Below are positions 58,513-64,000 of a DNA stretch of 64,000 nucleotides, piece by piece. Location of the stretch: the NCBI GenBank assembly GCA_963663035.1, contig OY760074.1, positions 2,426,967 to 2,490,966 on the forward strand, written 5' to 3'. The translations under genes and the position numbers were made by a program. The notes under the pieces were generated by a model that was not told the origin of the DNA, ran no database searches, and worked only from the letters and a program-made list of their open reading frames with translations. Source of the DNA: Acidobacteriota bacterium (GTDB lineage: Bacteria > Acidobacteriota > UBA6911 > RPQK01 > JADFOI01). Position 1 is the first letter of the stretch; the number at the start of each line of letters is the position of its first letter.

Positions 58513-59936
58513 TCAGACAGACTGGTCCAGGGGCTCAGTTTCCTCTTCGGAGAGCTCTTCAGCAGCTACAAAGCGCAAGCTAAAGACAAGGCCGGCTACC
58601 AGCCAGAAGGGCTGCATAATGCGGACTATAATGAAGGTGTTGGACCCGATGGCATGGAAGAGGAGGCACACCAGAGCTCCTAGAAAACCGACCGCCAGAC
58701 CTCTGGAGAAGGGTTCATCAGAAAAATAGCGGAAACGATCCATCCCCATTTGAAAAAGTCTAAAACAGAGGAACAACAGAGCAAACAGACCCAATAGCCC
58801 GCTTTCGAGCAACGTTCTAAAGTACTGGGCATCGATAAACTGCCACCCCGTCACCCCATAACCGAGAAGAGGTTCCTCGTAGAAATCCTGCAGAGCCGCT
58901 TGGAAACTTTGCAGTCGAGCAGAGGTTGAGGTATCCAATCGCTGACCAAAAACGAGGACCTGGCCGGCCATGGGCTCCTGGGCTCCTGGGTCCAGGTATA
59001 GGTGACCCGGTCGCGAATAACTTGGGGGAACACATTGGGGAAAAGCAGAAGACAAAAGGTCAGACCCAGCAGACTGTAGCTGACCAGGCGCTGCTTACTC
59101 AAGAGCAGCACCACAGCCAGCCCTGGAATAAAGCCGAGATAGGAAGCTCGTGAAAGCGTGAACAAGAAAGGCACAAAGAGATAAAAAGCAATGGCGAAGT
59201 AACCGATCCGGCTCCTGTATTCCGGTAGATTCAGTGACAGAGCAATACAAATGAGGATCAACAAGGCCAGATAGCCTCCAAAGGTATTGGGTTCTGGGCT
59301 GTCACCTTCAAAGGGAGCTGTTATCCGACCTCCGCCGGGGACCTGAGCGAGACCGATAGCGCCTACAATAAGAGCTGTCACGATGACCGCCACCCAATAT
59401 CGTCGCAGCTGCTTTTGGTCTTCGATGTTGTTGATGACCAGAAAAAAGAGCACAAAGTACTGGATGTACTTCAGCACAAAAAGGGACCCGGCCATGAGTT
59501 GGACCCGGCCGGCCGCTATCCCTATCAGTGTAGAGAGAAAACACGCGAAAGCGTAAAGAAGCATGGCACCATTGAGCGGGGTTTTCTTGAAAATTCCCAA
59601 TTCTTTGTGCAGGGCACTTTTCACCATCCAGGAAACTGCAATGATCACCAGTAGAAAATCATCGAAACGAAAGGTGACACCCCTTCCCAAGGTCCCTCCT
59701 GTAGTGGCGGACTGACCGACACCGAACTCGGGAGAGAGCAGCATGGAGCAGATCAGTAGATAGATGGCGATCTTCGCTCTGAAAAAGACAAGGACGGTGA
59801 CCGCGATCCCTACACCCACCAGAAGGGCCACACTCATCTCCAGTCGGGAGATAAGGAGGGCGACTACAAACAGAACCCCTCCCATGAGAAGCATCAGGAA
59901 AAGCTCAAAGGTGTGCTCGCCAGGGATCCGTGCCAT
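58513..59936 (-). pseudogene. Wzy / O-antigen ligase family polymerase, frameshifted by an 8-bp tandem duplication
   Basis: The N-terminal ORF 58851..59936 carries the TLSRASYLGF motif. The C-terminal ORF 58513..59055 (GYGVTGWQFIDAQYF) is in another frame. Deleting one copy of GGCTCCTG (58973-58988) gives a continuous ...TYTWTQEPMAGQVLVFGQRLD... product. Confidence 0.7.
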
Positions 59937-59943
59937 CTGGTGA

Positions 59944-62349
59944 CTACTCCTCGTCCGTGAGCTTCATCACGTCTTCCATTTCCTCATCGCCAGAGGAGGG
60001 GTGGGAGGGCTTCTTGGGGGATGCTTTAAAACCTCTGAAGATCTTTCGAAGACTCTGACGGCCGAGAAAGCTCGAAAATCGCTCTTTCAAGCCGCCCACG
60101 AGTCCCAAATAGGATTCGGGGGCAAGAACCTCTTCGTACTTATATTTATAGCCATAGTATGGGTAATCGCGGGTATAGTAGATTTCCGCCTCGATGTCGT
60201 TCATCAAAAGACCCACCACGTTTCCACCAACAGATTGCAGCCGACTTTTGGTTCGGTTGACGACTTCGCGTCCAACTCGGCCAATTTGATAGGTAATCAG
60301 TGTCGCCTCGATGCCGGGGGTCAACTGAGAGGCTTCGGCCACCGGAAGCACAGGTGCAATATCCACAATGATGATGTCATAAAGATCACGCATTTCTGAA
60401 AGGATTCCGCTCATCTTGTCCAGGTTCAGGAGTTCAGCGGGGCTATCGACCCTTCTCCCGGCAGTGAGTAGAAAAAGATACTCAAGTCCCGGGTTCAAGT
60501 GGGCATTCTTGAGTCCAAATTTCCCTAAGATCAAATCATCGATTGATTTGGTGGCACTTTCCCACTCAGCCACTCCCAGAAGAACATCCGATAATCCAGG
60601 GGTCTTAGACAATCCAAAGACTCTATGGACCTGGGGACGCCGCAGGTCGGCATCTATCAAGAGTGTCTTCCAACCGGCCTGGCCAAAGATGACCGCTAAG
60701 TTACAGGCGGTGTTCGTCTTACCCTCCTGCAAGACAGAGGACGTGACCAGGACGGTCTTCCAGTCATTTTTCTTTAACATGACCTCGAGCTGGGCACGCA
60801 TTGAACGGAAAGCCTCGGAGACGGGCTCTTGAGGGGCAAAATGAGTACAGAGAGTGGCCATTCGGTCTATTTCCCCGGAGGTGACATCGCTCCCCATCTC
60901 TCCCACCAGCACATTCCCTCTCACCAGGTCTGCATCCAGATGGGGGATCACCCCCAAAACAGGAAGCTCAAGATATCCCTCAACATCATCTATAGTCCCA
61001 ATCGAGGTATCCAGGGACTCCAGCAGGACAGAAAAAATGCCGCCTAAAATCAGTCCGATCAGTACGCCCGCCAGAGATTTCAATAATCTCGAGGGCTGAG
61101 CCAAGGGGATAGCCAAGCTGGCCTGCTCGACAATAGTGACCTCCTTGATTTCACTGGCCTTCTGAATCTCCGCGTCCTGCAACCGCCTCTGGAAAAGATT
61201 GAGGCCATCGGTCTGGAGTACGACGCGCCGTTCCAAAGCTCCAAGTTGGCGGGTGATCTCAGGGACGGTTTCCAGTAGATCCCAACGGATCATTAAAGTG
61301 CGGCGATTTTCAATCAACTCATCCTGAACGGCCTGGTAGCCTTGAAGCAAACTGGAGATGATTTCCCGACCGCTTTCTTCCAGGTCTTCTGTCTCGAGGA
61401 TTTTCTCCTGGACCTCCCTCGATTCCGCAGTGCTGTAGCGCAACAGTCGACGCAATTCGGTTTTGAGCCGGTTGATCTCAACAATCAGCTGCAAAACTTG
61501 CTCTTCCAGTCGATAAAGCATCTGATCTTCTGCTTCGCCCAGTACAGGAGAGAAGGACCAGTACTCCTCGACGCTGGGAATCAGCTCCAACTGTCGCATC
61601 CCCTTTTCCAGATTGGCCATCGTTCTTCCAAGACTCTCGATCCGCTGTTGGATGTCTCCACCTGCGGCGGCATCCAGAGCTAAGACCGTCCGATAGTCTC
61701 GCTTGAACTCCTCGAGTCCTTTTTCCGCCTGGCCCAGCTCTTCCTCAGACTCTTGGATTCGGGCTTGGATGAACAGCACAGCCTCGCGAACCTCTCTATT
61801 TCTCTCTGAGATGTTGTAATTGACAAATTCCTCAGCCGTATAGTTGGCGATATCAACTGCCAGTTCCTGTGAGGAGCCAAAAGCCAGGATGCCCACAGCT
61901 TCGCTGTCTCCCTTTTTTTCAGCCTCGATTTCGATGTCGCTAACCAACCTCACCAGGTTCGGATCATCCCGGACCTTTTGCTCGAGAGCCTCGTAGTCCA
62001 CCTCCTCCTCATCTACATCACTACCTAAAGCATTCATCTCGCTGTATTGATCGTACTTCTGAGCAAGACGCAGCGCCACACGTGCTTTAATCTTCTGACT
62101 TGTGATGATCTCTGACTGGGTGGCGATGTTGTCACCTTGATACCAATATAAGGCCTCGACCAGCAGTGCCTGCATATTGGCCGCCACACGAGTGATTTTC
62201 ACCAACGATTCAGCTTCGAATCGGGGAGGCGGGCTTTCAGTGAAGAACCAGGTCAAAGCCCCGACCAGGCTGGGTGCCAGCAGGAGGATCCACCTCCGGC
62301 GACGTGCGACACGAAAGATGTCTCGAAGGTTGATTTCAAACTCTGCCAT
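59944..62349 (-). CDS. wzc: Polysaccharide co-polymerase fused to a BY-family tyrosine autokinase (Wzc-like)
   Basis: An N-terminal TM helix, a periplasmic coiled-coil region and a second TM helix, then a P-loop (SSVLQEGKTNTACNLA) and a C-terminal Tyr cluster (YYTRDYPYYGYKYKYEE). Confidence 0.85.
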   Translation of the reverse strand: MAEFEINLRDIFRVARRRRWILLLAPSLVGALTWFFTESPPPRFEAESLVKITRVAANMQALLVEALYWYQGDNIATQSEIITSQKIKARVALRLAQKYDQYSEMNALGSDVDEEEVDYEALEQKVRDDPNLVRLVSDIEIEAEKKGDSEAVGILAFGSSQELAVDIANYTAEEFVNYNISERNREVREAVLFIQARIQESEEELGQAEKGLEEFKRDYRTVLALDAAAGGDIQQRIESLGRTMANLEKGMRQLELIPSVEEYWSFSPVLGEAEDQMLYRLEEQVLQLIVEINRLKTELRRLLRYSTAESREVQEKILETEDLEESGREIISSLLQGYQAVQDELIENRRTLMIRWDLLETVPEITRQLGALERRVVLQTDGLNLFQRRLQDAEIQKASEIKEVTIVEQASLAIPLAQPSRLLKSLAGVLIGLILGGIFSVLLESLDTSIGTIDDVEGYLELPVLGVIPHLDADLVRGNVLVGEMGSDVTSGEIDRMATLCTHFAPQEPVSEAFRSMRAQLEVMLKKNDWKTVLVTSSVLQEGKTNTACNLAVIFGQAGWKTLLIDADLRRPQVHRVFGLSKTPGLSDVLLGVAEWESATKSIDDLILGKFGLKNAHLNPGLEYLFLLTAGRRVDSPAELLNLDKMSGILSEMRDLYDIIIVDIAPVLPVAEASQLTPGIEATLITYQIGRVGREVVNRTKSRLQSVGGNVVGLLMNDIEAEIYYTRDYPYYGYKYKYEEVLAPESYLGLVGGLKERFSSFLGRQSLRKIFRGFKASPKKPSHPSSGDEEMEDVMKLTDEE

Positions 62350-62593
62350 TGTTACCTGGAGCTTACCTCCGTGTGAAAAGAAATACCGAGTCTCTCAGAA
62401 GTCCCAGCAGCGGAGTAATGACCCCTACCACATCTCCTAATGTGGCAAGATTACGTCTGGGGACAAATATAACATCATGATTTTGCAAGGTGACGTTCTG
62501 AGAGAAATCGGCCTCCTCCACCAGACTTGACCTTGCCCCCTAAAACGAGTCCAGTTTGAATGTTAGGATTTCCGGTTTAGGAAGGAGGCAAGG

Positions 62594-62872
62594 ATGGCAG
62601 GGAAGCGGTTTAGGGCAGAACAGATCATCATGAAGCTGCGTGAGGCAGAGGTGGGTCTGGCCCAAGGACAGAGGGTGGGACAGGTGTCGAAGCAGATGGG
62701 GGTGAGCGAGCAGACCTACTACCGGTGGCGCAAAGAGTACGGAGGGCTCCGGTTGGACCAGGCCAAGAGGTTGAAGGTGTTGGAGAAGGAGAATACCCGG
62801 TTGAAGAAGCTGGTGGCGGATCTGTCTTTGGACAAGCAGATCCTGAAGGAAGTGTCCTCGGGAAACTTCTAG
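62594..62872 (+). CDS. IS3 family transposase OrfA (helix-turn-helix)
   Basis: [51 protein letters not shown]. Confidence 0.8.
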   Translation: MAGKRFRAEQIIMKLREAEVGLAQGQRVGQVSKQMGVSEQTYYRWRKEYGGLRLDQAKRLKVLEKENTRLKKLVADLSLDKQILKEVSSGNF

Positions 62873-63765
62873 GCCCGGCGAACAGGAGACGAGCGGTGAT
62901 GTGGGTACGAGAGCGATTAGGAGCAGAGCGAGTCTCCGAACGTCGGGCCTGCCAAGTGCTGGGACAGGTTCGATCGACCCAGCGAAGGGAAAGGCAAATT
63001 CCCGATGATGAGGCCCGATTGGTGGCCCGGATGGTGGAGTTGGCTACGCAATACGGGCGTTATGGCTACCGGCGGGTCACGGCGATACTTCATGGGGAAG
63101 GGTGGAAGGTGAATCCTAAGCGGGTGGAGAGGCTGTGGAGACAAGAAGGGCTGAAAGTCCCGTCCAGACAGCCGAAACGAAGGAGGCTGTGGCTTAATGA
63201 CGGTTCCTGTGTTCGGTTACGAGCGGCTCGCAAGAACCACGTCTGGAGCTATGATTTCGTGCATGAACGGACCCATGATGGGCGAGCCTTTCGGCTATTG
63301 ACGATCCTGGATGAGTACACCAGAGAGTGCCTCGCCATTGATGTGAAACGGCAGATGAATCACCAAGACGTGTTGGACCGGCTGGCGGAGTTATTCGTTG
63401 ATCGGGGAGTGCCTGAGTTTATCCGGTCCGATAACGGATCGGAGTTTACGGCACAGGCGGTCCGGGACTGGCTGCAGGCTGTTGGGGTAAGGACCTTGTA
63501 CATCGAGCCGGGCAGCCCCTGGGAGAATGGGTACATTGAGAGTTTCAACGGGAAACTACGGGATGAGCTGCTGAACATGGAGATCTTCGACACGCTGGGG
63601 GAAGCCAAGGTGTTGGTAGAACGCTGGCGGAGGGATTACAATCAGATCCGGCCTCACAGCGCCTTGGCCTATCGGCCGCCGGCGCCAGAGGCCAAACTAC
63701 CTAGGTCGCAGGCACTGGATCCAATCCCTTGGAGTGGACTTCAAATGGTCCCGGGTCTAGCATAG
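62860..63765 (+). CDS. IS3 family transposase OrfB (DDE integrase core), expressed by a programmed -1 frameshift at GGGAAAC (62860-62866)
   Basis: ...[16 protein letters not shown]...DNGSEFTA...[20 protein letters not shown] matches the DD(35)E catalytic core. The ORF track gives the orfB frame as 62725..63765. Confidence 0.75.
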   Translation, partial: GKLLGPANRRRAVMWVRERLGAERVSERRACQVLGQVRSTQRRERQIPDDEARLVARMVELATQYGRYGYRRVTAILHGEGWKVNPKRVERLWRQEGLKVPSRQPKRRRLWLNDGSCVRLRAARKNHVWSYDFVHERTHDGRAFRLLTILDEYTRECLAIDVKRQMNHQDVLDRLAELFVDRGVPEFIRSDNGSEFTAQAVRDWLQAVGVRTLYIEPGSPWENGYIESFNGKLRDELLNMEIFDTLGEAKVLVERWRRDYNQIRPHSALAYRPPAPEAKLPRSQALDPIPWSGLQMVPGLA

Positions 63766-64000
63766 AGGGTGGACTCGTTCGTGGGGGCAGGTCAGCTGTG
63801 CCTCGACGCACACCGAAGGCCACAAACAAGATATGAGAATGAAGAAAGAAAGCGTCCTGGCTAAACTATCTCGTACCATAGCTCTACCTCCAAGGTGGAG
63901 TCGGTGTTTGAATAATAGGTAACGGAAATTCCAACTGTGCACACCACCCCGTTTCGAGAAATCATACCTCAGAATACCGACATCTAGGGGGGGGATGCAG

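Larger units (their letters stand above)
62557..63941 (+). mobile_element. IS3-family insertion sequence, about 1.4 kb, with imperfect terminal inverted repeats. The boundaries are approximate.
   Basis: orfA and orfB are linked by a -1 frameshift. Candidate inverted repeats are TGAATGTTAGGATTTCCGG and, at the other end, TGCACAGTTGGAATTTCCG. Confidence 0.6.

Noticed and set aside
62455-62470. A TGGGGACAAA 10-mer upstream of wzc matching the core of the 19-bp repeat unit
   Set aside because: A single 10-mer match in 64 kb is only weakly significant (expected about 0.1 by chance). It is mentioned under the repeat finding but not called as a feature.

Overview
Reading the six-frame track and the raw sequence on both strands, this window looks like a Gram-negative chromosome; a phylum guess (Acidobacteria-like) is inference only. 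It has two parts.

Positions 1-21.5 kb are a core region. A minus-strand type II secretion operon (gspE-F-G-H-I, the last gene running off the window start) is packed directly behind an ECF sigma, anti-sigma and secreted-protein module. Next come an M23 peptidase, a tmRNA gene (ssrA, tag peptide ANEQLPLAA), a SAM methyltransferase, coaE, a deoxyhypusine-synthase-like gene and uvrA. Then follow a second ECF sigma, anti-sigma and PDZ-protease module, polA, plsC, an M24 peptidase and an RHH/PIN toxin-antitoxin pair with a textbook sigma70 promoter.

Positions 21.5-62.4 kb are one roughly 41-kb Wzx/Wzy/Wzc-type polysaccharide locus (EPS or O-antigen-like). It carries:
- a WecA-type initiating transferase;
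- two divergent paralogous UDP-aminosugar modification cassettes (oxidoreductase, DegT aminotransferase, hexapeptide acetyltransferase, 2-epimerase), one with an in-frame TGA at a conserved Trp codon;
- a Wzx flippase and a Wzc BY-kinase/co-polymerase;
- two tandem-duplicated GT4 pairs plus three single GT4 genes, and two GT2 genes;
- two GT-C-like membrane proteins;
- four SAM/FkbM methyltransferases;
- two AsnB-like amidotransferases and a B12-binding radical SAM enzyme;
- a PHP-domain membrane protein;
- a Wzy/O-antigen-ligase-like gene split by an 8-bp tandem duplication.

The locus is bounded by an IS3-family insertion sequence at 62.55-63.94 kb.

Non-coding structure is rich. A heptamer tandem-repeat family (NCTGACA, complemented by TCCTGNC) recurs at at least six gene boundaries. 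A conserved promoter-like motif, ACTTCGT-N8-CCTAT(A/G), sits upstream of at least three polysaccharide-locus transcription units, with a fourth, more divergent match upstream of wzc. A roughly 200-bp imperfect palindrome lies between the radical SAM gene and a GT4 gene. A 19-bp tandem array is followed by a perfect 30-bp hairpin, and 35-bp REP-like repeats sit next to uvrA.

No tools were run. Start codons are approximate because the ORF track uses alternative starts.
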